Positions 55,463 through 64,000 of a stretch of 64,000 nt of DNA are shown piece after piece. Each line of letters starts with the position of its first letter. Position 1 is the stretch's first letter. Under the pieces are notes generated by a model. It was not told the origin of the DNA and did no database searches. It saw nothing but the letters and a program-made list of their open reading frames with translations. A program made the translations under genes and the position numbers. The stretch is from an uncultured bacterium (GTDB taxonomy: Bacteria > Krumholzibacteriota > Krumholzibacteriia > Krumholzibacteriales > Krumholzibacteriaceae): the NCBI GenBank assembly GCA_963786935.1, contig CAWBAN010000003.1, positions 96,001 to 160,000 on the forward strand, written 5' to 3'.

Positions 55463-57259
55463 CTAGCCCCCCATTTCCTCCAGGATCTTCTTCGCCCCCT
55501 GGTTGCGCGGGTTCAGCTCAAGCGATTTCCGGTAGTGCCGGATCGCCTCCTCCTTCCGGCCGGCCTTGAGCAGCGCCTCGCCGAGACTGTCGTGGGCATT
55601 CCAAGAATCCGGGTAGAGCTGGGCGTTCTTCTCGAACACGTAGACGGCGCTCTCGACGTTGCCCGCCTGCAGGAGCTGATAGCCCAGAGCGTTGAAGTCG
55701 TCTTCATCGAAGACCGGCCCCGTGTCCCGCGTGGCCTGCAGATCCTGGAGCGTTTTCTCCGCGGCCGGGATGCCTCCGTCGGCCAGAGCCTGCCCGAAGA
55801 TCGTCGCGGCGGATCCCAGCTTCGCCTTCCGCACCACGAGGCGCGCCCGCTCGATCTGCGGCGCCTCCCAGGGGAACATGGGCTCGACGGACTTCACCTG
55901 CGCCAGCGCCGCCTCGGCCGCTGGCACGTCTCCGGCGCCCGCATAGGTCCGAGCCAGCATGGCGTACGCAGCCGCCAGCTTGGGGAAATCCTCTCGAACA
56001 GCCTGCAACAGGCCGATCGCTGCCGGGTATTGCTTGCTCCCGAGGTATCGATCGGCGAGCTGCATCGCCTCGTCCGCGCCGAAGAAGGCCGTGTCGGCGT
56101 CGGCTGCGCGCGCCCGGCTCAGCGCGGCGATCGCGGCCTCGACGTGCTGCTCGCGGATGCCGCGCGCGTACTCGTCGACAAGGGACGTCTTCACGGCCGT
56201 GAGGCTCGCGACCTCGTTCTGCGGCTTCGGCGCGCCCCGTTCCAACAGCAGCTGCGCGAACTCGAGCTGCCGATCCGTCCCCGCCGCGATCTCCGCCGGC
56301 GTGTCCAGGACGCGAAGATCGGGGGGGATGCCGAGCCCGTCCCAACAGATGCCTTCGGGATTCCTGGTCACCTTGAACGCGACCCACAGCGTCCAGCCGT
56401 TCGGAAGGCGGTCCGGGAACTGGGACGATAACGCCCCCTCGGTCAGGTCGCCGACGACGGTGACGTGGGGCAGTACCCGCATGGCCAGCGTGAACCCCTC
56501 GGGGCCGCTGGCGGTGTGCCGGTGGACCAGCAGAACCACCGGCCGGGTGAATTGGATCGGGCCGCCCGGCGCGACGGCGCTGTACTCCGGGGGAAAGAGG
56601 TCGCCGTGTTTCGGGCCATAGCGTGTCTGGGACTGCATGTATTGCCGCCGGCGATCGGCGAAGCGGTTCGCCACGATCTCATGGTTGCGGCCGGAGCCGC
56701 CCGGGTTGTCCCGCACATCGATGACCAAAGCCCGGGCGCCCGCGAACTCGCTCAGGAAACTGTCGATGGCCTGCGCGTGCGGCTCGCTGCCGCCTTTGAG
56801 GTCGGCGATGTGGAGATAGCCGATCTGGTCGGTCAGCCAGCCGGACGTGTAGGTGCCTTCTCGGGCAGCGGACGACTTGCCGTGCAGGTACTTCATCTTC
56901 ACCAGGTCCAGCGAGAAGTCCTTGGCATGGGCGTATTCCTCGGTGCTGCCGCCGCAGATGCGTCGTTTTCCGTCGGCCAGGCAGACGTGGGCGTCATTGA
57001 GGGTTCCCAGCATGGTAACCAGGATGTCCCACAGCTCCTCGTCCGTGGTTGCAGCCGTGACCTGCGGGCGGTACATCCGGTAGAGCATGTCCCAGTCGAC
57101 ATTCCTGACGCTGAACTGGCCGTAGGTCCGGTCGATGGAATGCCAGACGTATTCGAAGTTCAATTGAGGGTCGTGCGGGTCGCCGGCCGGCTCTTCGCCG
57201 CGGGCGGCAGCGGGAACGGACAGGGCAAGCACGATCAGGAGCACGATGAGGCGCGTCAT
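55463..57259 (-). CDS. Secreted S41 (tricorn/CtpA-like) peptidase with C-terminal TPR domain
   Basis: Signal peptide; LNDAHV, IDVRDNPGG, TASGPEGF, VVGDLTEG, GIPPD; TPR NALGY...NAHDSLGEA. Confidence 0.88.
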   Translation of the reverse strand: MTRLIVLLIVLALSVPAAARGEEPAGDPHDPQLNFEYVWHSIDRTYGQFSVRNVDWDMLYRMYRPQVTAATTDEELWDILVTMLGTLNDAHVCLADGKRRICGGSTEEYAHAKDFSLDLVKMKYLHGKSSAAREGTYTSGWLTDQIGYLHIADLKGGSEPHAQAIDSFLSEFAGARALVIDVRDNPGGSGRNHEIVANRFADRRRQYMQSQTRYGPKHGDLFPPEYSAVAPGGPIQFTRPVVLLVHRHTASGPEGFTLAMRVLPHVTVVGDLTEGALSSQFPDRLPNGWTLWVAFKVTRNPEGICWDGLGIPPDLRVLDTPAEIAAGTDRQLEFAQLLLERGAPKPQNEVASLTAVKTSLVDEYARGIREQHVEAAIAALSRARAADADTAFFGADEAMQLADRYLGSKQYPAAIGLLQAVREDFPKLAAAYAMLARTYAGAGDVPAAEAALAQVKSVEPMFPWEAPQIERARLVVRKAKLGSAATIFGQALADGGIPAAEKTLQDLQATRDTGPVFDEDDFNALGYQLLQAGNVESAVYVFEKNAQLYPDSWNAHDSLGEALLKAGRKEEAIRHYRKSLELNPRNQGAKKILEEMGG

Positions 57260-57480
57260 GTTTCCACGCTCCCTTCAGAGGTAGGGGTGGCGGTCAACGG
57301 ATTCTCAGAGACTTATGCAATCTACGCATTGAGCGGGGAAAAGGTTGCGCCGCCAGTCGAGGCGGGACCATCCAGAAAGAAGCGACATCTCGTTCCGCCG
57401 GAACCCTATGCGCTCCGGCCGGGTATAACCTCCAAGCAGATCCGACGAGCGAACGCGTGACCAAGTCAAGGAGCGGAAAG

Positions 57481-58449
57481 ATGAGAACACGACTCGCGAA
57501 GAGAGTCATCGTCGCCGCGGTGGCGTCGGCCGCCGTCATTGCGGTCGCGCTGCATGTCGTCCCTCTGGCTCGGCATCGCGGCCAGAATGTGTCCCAGGGC
57601 AGGCAGTGGGCCGGTCTCTTGAAAAAGCACTCCTCTTTTTCGGCTCGACCCGCGGCCGGCACTGCCGAAGTCGCTTTTTCTTACGCCGCTCCTACGGATG
57701 AAAACCTCACGAAACTGCGCCTCACGTACCGTCTGGATGAGGTCGCCGGCAACGGTCCCGAAACCGAACGCCTCATCAATCTCATGCGCTGGGTCCATGG
57801 GCTGGGGGGGCACGCCAACAACCCCGAGATTCCCGAAAAACTGAATGCGCTGAATCTGGTTCCTTTGGCCCAGGATCAACACATGCCGATGAACTGTTTC
57901 ATGAAGACGATTATCCTGAACGAGGTCTACCTGGCCATGGGATTCGAATCCCGCCAAACCCACCTGCTCCCCGCCGAGAACGAGAAAGAGGAGAGCCATG
58001 TCGTCACCTCGGTCTATTCCCGCACGCTCGGGCGGTGGATATTCATGGACCCGGATTTCGGCGTCTATGCGACGGACGATCAAGGGGCCATTCTGGGGGT
58101 CACGGAGATCCGCGGCCGCTTGATCGCAGGCCGACGGGTGGAGGTCACGGACATCGACCCGGCGCCGGGGGTTCTGGCCGGAGCGTGGTCGCAGGTCCAG
58201 TGCTTCGCCTCCGGCACGGACTATCTCTGGTACCTGAAGAAGAACATCTTCAAGATCCAGTGCCCACAGAACAGCCAGTTCAACCTGCGCTCCCTGCCAA
58301 ACAGGGTCTATGTCGAATTGATCCCTGACGGTTACCGCGAGGAGCTTTTGCGGGCTCCCGAGATCACCCCGCGAGGAAATACCATCGTCTTCACTAACGA
58401 CGAAGGCCTGTTCTGGCAGAAGCCTCAAGGAGTTGCCTCGGGTCTTTGA
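57481..58449 (+). CDS. Transglutaminase-like protein
   Basis: Triad candidates MNC, SHVVTSVY, WIFMDP; N-terminal anchor. Confidence 0.78.
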   Translation: MRTRLAKRVIVAAVASAAVIAVALHVVPLARHRGQNVSQGRQWAGLLKKHSSFSARPAAGTAEVAFSYAAPTDENLTKLRLTYRLDEVAGNGPETERLINLMRWVHGLGGHANNPEIPEKLNALNLVPLAQDQHMPMNCFMKTIILNEVYLAMGFESRQTHLLPAENEKEESHVVTSVYSRTLGRWIFMDPDFGVYATDDQGAILGVTEIRGRLIAGRRVEVTDIDPAPGVLAGAWSQVQCFASGTDYLWYLKKNIFKIQCPQNSQFNLRSLPNRVYVELIPDGYREELLRAPEITPRGNTIVFTNDEGLFWQKPQGVASGL

Positions 58450-58595
58450 GCCCGAGCGGGTCCCTCGATGTGCTCTTCGACGATTTCGAGGGCCCGGGCC
58501 ACGATCCCCCGGGAGCGGTGGTGCCGCGCGACCACGGCGTCGACGCAGCCGTCGCCGCTCTGAACCGGGCGCGCGACGCCGCTGACGAGAATCGC

Positions 58596-60464
58596 CTACC
58601 GCGCGAGCACGAGCTTGGATCGCGCGATGATGCGTTCGCCGCTCTTGAGGACCGCGAGGTACACGCCGGACGGGAGCATCGTTCCGCGGCGATCTCTGCC
58701 GTTCCAGCGGATCCTCGCCTCGCCGCCGGCGTCGGTGCGCGCCTCGAGGTCGCAGAGAGAATGCCCGGCGACGTCGTAGATCGAAACGGTGACGATCGCA
58801 CCCGGCTCGCCGCGCGCGGAGATCTCGGTCTCCGGGTTGAACGGGTTCGGGCTTGAGGAGAGAGAGGGGGAGATATGCTCCGGCGCGCCCGGCTCTCCCG
58901 AGGAGACGCCTCCCGGGGCAAAGCCGGCGGAGCTCCTGGTCGCGCCGTCGGCGTGTGACTTTCCCGTGTGCCCTGAGTTTCCGCCGGGCACGGGGACGTT
59001 CGTCGTACGTTCCTCGATCCCGTCAACGTTGATGTGACCGAACGGGGATACGCAGTTGTCGACGATCGTGAGATAGACGGACCTACCCCGGTAAGGGGTG
59101 AGGTCCCAGAACCGTTCATCCATTCGGTCGGTGTTCTTCCCCGTTTCCCGGCACAGGATGGCGCCGTTCGCCGCGTCGCAGAGGGCGACATAGCACGAGT
59201 CGGGATAGTTGCCGCCGCCGACGAGGAGCCTCATCGAGGAACCGGTGACGGTGAACGCCTCCGATCGGATCGCGCCGCGGGCCGACTCCCCCTGGATGTC
59301 CCCCGGACGGGGGCCCGAGATCGGTCCGTTGAACCGTTCATAGGTGCCGATCCACCAGTTTCCCTCGAAGCCGATCGTCGTCGTGAAATCCCCGCGAAAA
59401 CGCGGGTTGTCGCCGAACACCGGCTGACCGTAGAACGCGGTGCCCCAGAGGATCTTCCATCCGCCGAGGAGATTGGTCAATTGCACGTACGGCTGGTCTC
59501 CATGCCACACAAGCGTGTCGAGGCGTATCGAGCTCACGGGCTCGGCGGCGGTAACGTACTTCGTATGCCGCGAGAAGAGAGCGCGGTCGTTGCCGAGATC
59601 GAGCAGCTCGGACGCGGCCCCGAGGTCGATGATCGTCCGCGTCGAGATGTTCCACCCCGAGCGCAGCGAATCGGACGACATGTGCGAGATGCCCTCAGTC
59701 GTCTCTTCGGTGAAAAAGAGATGGTAGCGGTCGTTCCGTTTCATGAGGAATACGCTCTCGATCGCGTGCCAGTTGTCGGCCACGTAGATGGGACCCGCGT
59801 CGTGCCACGTGATGAAGTCTGTCGACGTGGCGAGCGCGATAGCCCCCTTCCAGGCCCACGTATGCGCCGTATGGACCAGGTAACAGGTGTTGTTCTCCCT
59901 GAAGAATCCGGGGTCGCGGTAGTTCGACCACTGGTTTTCGTACCAGTACATCCAGGACGTGTCGCCGTGAAACGGGGGGTAGGATGCGCTCGGAGCCTTA
60001 TAGAATGTCTTGAGATCGCTGGTCATCGCGAAGCCCATACGTTGCGCCCAGTACGTGTTGATCCCCGTGTAGTACATGATGAAAAACCGGGGATCCAACG
60101 GATAGTGGACCACCGTCGGCGCCCAGATTGCCACGGCATCCCAGGTTTCCGGCCCCGGGAAAAGCACGTCCGGCTGCCTCGTCCAGTGCCTGAGGTCGGG
60201 GGAGGTCGCATGACCGAAGCTCTTCTCCAGCCCATTGCTCGCGACAACGATGAAGTAGAGATGGAACGTGCCGTCGACGAGGATGAGGGAGTGATCCTTG
60301 ACGATCTCCCCGGGCCGGTAGTACACGGGGCCTTCGAAGTCATACGTTACCGCGCTCCGGGCAATCCCGGGCGCGAGCGCGGCGGCCGCGACGATGAAGA
60401 GAAGAAAGCCTGCGAAGAGTGCGCTTGTGCTTCTCGGCGGTTTTGCGTTTCGCTGCGTATCCAA
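58596..60464 (-). CDS. Secreted five-bladed beta-propeller glycoside hydrolase (GH32/GH43-like) with FlgD-Ig tail
   Basis: KDH...FHLYF, GHATSPDLRHW, WAP, YRDP, IES; ends SPNPFNPET...SGVYLAVL. Confidence 0.8.
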   Translation of the reverse strand: MDTQRNAKPPRSTSALFAGFLLFIVAAAALAPGIARSAVTYDFEGPVYYRPGEIVKDHSLILVDGTFHLYFIVVASNGLEKSFGHATSPDLRHWTRQPDVLFPGPETWDAVAIWAPTVVHYPLDPRFFIMYYTGINTYWAQRMGFAMTSDLKTFYKAPSASYPPFHGDTSWMYWYENQWSNYRDPGFFRENNTCYLVHTAHTWAWKGAIALATSTDFITWHDAGPIYVADNWHAIESVFLMKRNDRYHLFFTEETTEGISHMSSDSLRSGWNISTRTIIDLGAASELLDLGNDRALFSRHTKYVTAAEPVSSIRLDTLVWHGDQPYVQLTNLLGGWKILWGTAFYGQPVFGDNPRFRGDFTTTIGFEGNWWIGTYERFNGPISGPRPGDIQGESARGAIRSEAFTVTGSSMRLLVGGGNYPDSCYVALCDAANGAILCRETGKNTDRMDERFWDLTPYRGRSVYLTIVDNCVSPFGHINVDGIEERTTNVPVPGGNSGHTGKSHADGATRSSAGFAPGGVSSGEPGAPEHISPSLSSSPNPFNPETEISARGEPGAIVTVSIYDVAGHSLCDLEARTDAGGEARIRWNGRDRRGTMLPSGVYLAVLKSGERIIARSKLVLAR

Positions 60465-60548
60465 TGGATGTCGTCCTTTTCGCCGTCGGTGACGCGAAGT
60501 ACGTGCTGTACGGGAGTGTCGCTCCGCAACCGTAAAGCGGCTGAACGT

Positions 60549-60578
60549 ATCCTATCATGCGCTCCTCGATCCCGTCAA
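60549..60578 (-). promoter_or_regulatory. Putative sigma70 promoter of the GH gene; contains a 22-bp exact repeat of 55377-55398
   Basis: Minus-strand TTGACG-N18-TAGGAT with extended TG. Confidence 0.5.
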
Positions 60579-60615
60579 TCGGCGAATCGCGCCTGAAGCT
60601 CTCATGTTCGCCGCC

Positions 60616-62124
60616 CTACTCCCCGAGCACCGAGAACCGCCCGACCTTCTCCGCCGATTTGTGTGTTTTCCGGTCGGTCACCCTCACCAACAGCTCAAAT
60701 GCCCCTTCCCAAAGGTTGTTCGTCTCGATCTGGAGACGCTGCGTCTGCCGTGGTCCTATGCCGCCCGACTCGAAAGAGGATGTTACGACGTTCCCTCCGC
60801 GGTTCCTTCCGCCCTGCCCGCTTTTCCGGGGAACGATTGTATACTCCACGCGATACAACGAGCGTCCATTGCGGTCGGTGCTGAGGCCGTATATCTCGAA
60901 GTACAGCGTGAGGGGAAACGGGATCCTGTATGCGTGGATCGGGTGCGGCACGATCTCGAGACCATCCCGCACGAATGCGTTCGGCCGGGTGGCTTCTCGA
61001 ATGCTGCTCGCGAAGCGGATGTCGCTGATATCCGGTGTGCCGCTGAGACCGGAAACCGAAATGTCCGCATTGAGAACCGCCCTGCGCCGAGAATGGCTGT
61101 CGCGGGCTGCGATGGCGAGAGAATAGAAACCGGGTTTGAGCGCAAGAGCGATGCGCGCCGGCACGAGGTGAGACCGCTCGGCAGTCGAGTTCTGCACAGC
61201 GACTCGAACGGTGTCGATAGCCCTCGCCACGGGATTCAGCGATCGGTCGCGCGCGAGGACGCTGATCTCCACTTCTCCGGAGAGGATTCCGTTCGTTTCG
61301 ACGAGACCGATCTCCTTCATGGGGATCTCGAAGCATACGTCGGTCATGAGCGAATCCATCGATGTTCGACACGTCACAATGTCGAAATAGAGCGTCAGCG
61401 CGTCCTCGAGGTCACATGAATAGACCGATTGGCGCGTATCTCGCCAGGTGAAAAAGTTATTGAGCAGCTTGAGAAGTTTCTCGCGCTCAATAGCCCCGAT
61501 GAGATTCTGCGCTTGGGCTTCCCATCTCGCGATGTCCACATCGGCCGTATAGTCGATATTGTCCGGTTCCAAGGGGCCAGGCCTGCTCGCTGCCTTCACC
61601 GCGTTCATGGCGAACGTGTATTGGTCGCTATGATTGAGATCCTCAAAATTCACGACCATGGCGAGTTTTTCGTAATACCAGATTTCGCCGGGTGGATAGG
61701 CCCCGCCGAAGGTGACTTCCCCCTGGAATTCTTGCCGATAGTCGGGCAATCCGAATCGGATGAGCGTTTCGCCTCGGGCATCCCACCCCGGAGCTTCTCG
61801 CTTGGGGAACATGTTTCTCGCGAGCTCGACGCGCTGATCATGCTCGATGCGCCGTTCGTTCTTCGCGGTTCCGGGCGTCGGATCGAGGCCGATCCAAAAA
61901 CGCTCGATCCAGGCTCGCCTCTCCTTCGGTGTTCGCCGCGAAAGGTACATCCGTCGCTCCAGATCCGACAGTGCGTAGCGGAGGCTGTGCCATTCGAGCT
62001 GTTCTTCCATCGTGAGGCGTAGCACGAGGATCCCCTCATCTTCATCGACGGCGGAACACATAATGCCGGAACCGGTCGGAATGAGGATAAGCGCGACGAA
62101 GCACAGAAGGAGAATTCCTCGCAT
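60616..62124 (-). CDS. GWxTD domain-containing protein
   Basis: FWIGLDPTPGT.KNE...H..RV..A...GWDARGE..IRFG.PD...EIWYY; signal peptide. Confidence 0.82.
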   Translation of the reverse strand: MRGILLLCFVALILIPTGSGIMCSAVDEDEGILVLRLTMEEQLEWHSLRYALSDLERRMYLSRRTPKERRAWIERFWIGLDPTPGTAKNERRIEHDQRVELARNMFPKREAPGWDARGETLIRFGLPDYRQEFQGEVTFGGAYPPGEIWYYEKLAMVVNFEDLNHSDQYTFAMNAVKAASRPGPLEPDNIDYTADVDIARWEAQAQNLIGAIEREKLLKLLNNFFTWRDTRQSVYSCDLEDALTLYFDIVTCRTSMDSLMTDVCFEIPMKEIGLVETNGILSGEVEISVLARDRSLNPVARAIDTVRVAVQNSTAERSHLVPARIALALKPGFYSLAIAARDSHSRRRAVLNADISVSGLSGTPDISDIRFASSIREATRPNAFVRDGLEIVPHPIHAYRIPFPLTLYFEIYGLSTDRNGRSLYRVEYTIVPRKSGQGGRNRGGNVVTSSFESGGIGPRQTQRLQIETNNLWEGAFELLVRVTDRKTHKSAEKVGRFSVLGE

Positions 62125-62280
62125 GTTCTGTTGCTCCAGCCTCGTCAGAAGTTGAATGTGGTGGGTAATGGGAAAATAACGTTTCGATCGCTGAAGATCA
62201 AGAAGGTTCATAGTCCAAGAGGAGTGGCTTCGGAGCAGGTTCAATCCATCGAATCAGGCAGATGGCCCGAATTCTCTGCG

Positions 62281-62362
62281 ATGGCGGACGCGCTCGCGAA
62301 GAATTCGTACCTTTGCGGAGATGCCCTTCGAGGCCGCGATTCCGGACAGAGACGCGCCGCCC
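62281..62362 (+). repeat. Degenerate element remnant, copy 3
   Basis: ATGGCGGACGCGCTCGCGAAGAATTCGTACCTTTGCGGAGAT has 4 mismatches in the first 42 nt versus copy 2; encodes NSLRWRTRSRRIRTFAEMPFEAAI. Confidence 0.65.
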
Positions 62363-62413
62363 GGCGGCCGCCCGCGCGGCGGCTCGGGGCATCCGCACGG
62401 CCATCGTTGCGCC

Positions 62414-64000
62414 CTACCACGAGGAGCCGAACAGGAAAAAGCCGGATCGGACGCTGCCGTAACTGCCGAGCTGCGGCAGATCGGTGCGCGTCGTGCCGGT
62501 CCAGAAGCATGGCACCGAATAGGTAGCGCTGATGCTCACGCCGCCCGAGTAGACGGTGCTCCCCTCGACGGCGATCGCGTAGACCCTGCCGTCGTTGGTG
62601 GGGCTGTACGTCGGCAAGTCGGTGCGCGTCGTGCCGGTCCAATAGCAGGGGACGTAGGTGGTGCTTAGGGAGTAGCCGCCGGTGTACACGATGCCTCCGG
62701 AAACGACGATGCAGATGGCGTTCGCGTCCGAGGCTCCGTTGGTAAGCTCGGTCCGAGCCGCTCCCCGCCAGTAGCACGCTCTGAAGCTGCTGACGCCGTC
62801 GTGCACCATGCCCGACGTGTAGATCTCTCCGGCATCCACGGCTATCGACCAGACATAAGCGTCGTGATCGTTCAATCCGTCGAATCCCGGATTTCCCGCG
62901 GAGTCCGTGTCGTCGTACCCCGGCAGATCGGTGCGGACTCCGTCGATCCAGTAGCAGGGAATCTGGACGCTCCCTCCTTGGGGCCGCATGGCATAATGAT
63001 ATCCCCCGACGTAGACCACCCCGCCGGCGACCGCCACCCCCGTCGCCCTTCCTCCAAACACGGGATACTGGCCCAGGTCGGTGCGCGAGCCCCCGATCCA
63101 GACGCACGGAATTTCCTTCGATCCGTCTTCGTAGTATCCCGAGACATACACCGTGCTTCCCTCGACGGCGACCGTCGTGGCGTACGCGTTATGCACGCCG
63201 TCGCCCGATAGGGCCGTCCGTGTGACGTTCCCATCGGAGGTCCGTATCCAGTAGCAGGGCACCTTGACGCTGGAGTCGTCGGTGTACGTTCCGGCGACAT
63301 AGGTCGCCCCGTTCGCGACAACGACCGGAGAGAAAGCCATCGCGTTGTGCGTGAGCTGGCCGGAGGGATCGAGCTCGATTCGCGATGATCCCTGCCAGTA
63401 GCAGGGGATGGTGCGTCCGGAACTGTACGTCCCCGCGAAACACTGCGACGATCCAGGCGCCTGCGGCGTCTGACTCGCGGCGGCGCTGAAATCGCTGCTC
63501 CCGCCGCTGTTGCGAGCCTTCACCCAGACGTAGTAGAGGGTGCCGTTGCTCAGGCCGGTGATCGTGCAGGACGTGTCGGTATCGTTGGCGTCCCCCGTGA
63601 ACTTCGTCGCGAGGCCGGTATCGTTGATGGTGCCGTAGTAGACTTCGTAGGACGTGGCTCCGGTCACCGCTCCCCATGTCACGATCAGCGCGTTGTTCGC
63701 CGGCGCGACGGACGCCGTGCCCGGCGTCGCCGGAGGAGCGACCGGTTCCACCGGCGTTTCGCTCGCGCCGCCGCTGAAGCCGCTGCTGCCCCCGCTGCTC
63801 CGGGCCTTGACCCAGACAAAGTAGGCGGTGCCGTTGCTCAGGCCTGTGATGATGCAGGTGGTATCCGTTTCATCCGGGTCCCCGGTGAACCTGGTCGCCG
63901 TGGCGCTGCTGTCGACCGTGTTGCAGTACACCTCGTAGGAGGTAGCTCCCGCCACGGCGCTCCATGTTACCGTAAGCTGATGATCGCCGGGAGTGACGGT
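62414..64000 (-). CDS. Surface protein with tandem fibronectin type III domains and C-terminal PCYW-repeat propeller, 5' partial
   Basis: Two FN3 units (VTW.AV.GATSYEVY...ITGLSNGT.Y.VWVKAR) and seven PCYW.G..RTDL-type repeats; frame stays open to the window end. Confidence 0.8.
   Translation of the reverse strand, partial: TVTPGDHQLTVTWSAVAGATSYEVYCNTVDSSATATRFTGDPDETDTTCIITGLSNGTAYFVWVKARSSGGSSGFSGGASETPVEPVAPPATPGTASVAPANNALIVTWGAVTGATSYEVYYGTINDTGLATKFTGDANDTDTSCTITGLSNGTLYYVWVKARNSGGSSDFSAAASQTPQAPGSSQCFAGTYSSGRTIPCYWQGSSRIELDPSGQLTHNAMAFSPVVVANGATYVAGTYTDDSSVKVPCYWIRTSDGNVTRTALSGDGVHNAYATTVAVEGSTVYVSGYYEDGSKEIPCVWIGGSRTDLGQYPVFGGRATGVAVAGGVVYVGGYHYAMRPQGGSVQIPCYWIDGVRTDLPGYDDTDSAGNPGFDGLNDHDAYVWSIAVDAGEIYTSGMVHDGVSSFRACYWRGAARTELTNGASDANAICIVVSGGIVYTGGYSLSTTYVPCYWTGTTRTDLPTYSPTNDGRVYAIAVEGSTVYSGGVSISATYSVPCFWTGTTRTDLPQLGSYGSVRSGFFLFGSSW

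Noticed and set aside
54942..59075. Diversity-generating retroelement TR/VR pair
   Set aside because: No reverse transcriptase is in the window, and the mismatches include C/G changes and indels rather than being adenine-specific.
51620..64000. Integron cassette array or CRISPR array
   Set aside because: No intI or cas genes, no regular repeat-spacer periodicity, no attC-like palindromes, and cargo genes lie in both orientations.

Overview
GC-rich bacterial window, probably from an anaerobic, peptide-degrading member of the Krumholzibacteriota/Latescibacterota/Eisenbacteria-like part of the FCB group. This is inferred from FlgD-Ig 'NPFNP' C-terminal domains, 'WGxIKSLY' C-terminal motifs, a GWxTD protein and rubrerythrin/desulfoferrodoxin. 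In order, it contains: (1) a KamA + 2x ATP-grasp + GNAT operon, a candidate pathway for an uncharacterised beta-amino-acid peptide; (2) a GT2/LAB_N/ArnT-like glycosylation operon coupled to a frameshifted truD; (3) an arsR-permease-arsEFG-like operon with a clear operator; (4) a GEVED protein and a ~2,450-aa repeat-built S8 protease; (5) a Fur/PerR-led oxidative-stress and metal cluster; (6) two paralogous 8-Cys secreted proteins with a putative C-terminal sorting motif; (7) an FG-GAP sensor kinase and sigma54 activator followed by a complete sigma54 promoter architecture; (8) peptidase and amino-acid catabolism genes plus an unannotated 48-aa ORF; (9) a mosaic accessory region from about 51.7 kb to the end. 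The mosaic region has three degenerate copies of one element, a ~0.5 kb duplicated FlgD tail lying in frame behind the TAG stop of an S41 protease, and an exact 22-bp direct repeat. No rRNA, complete tRNA, CRISPR array or intact transposase/integrase was seen. All calls come from reading the sequence; no searches were run.
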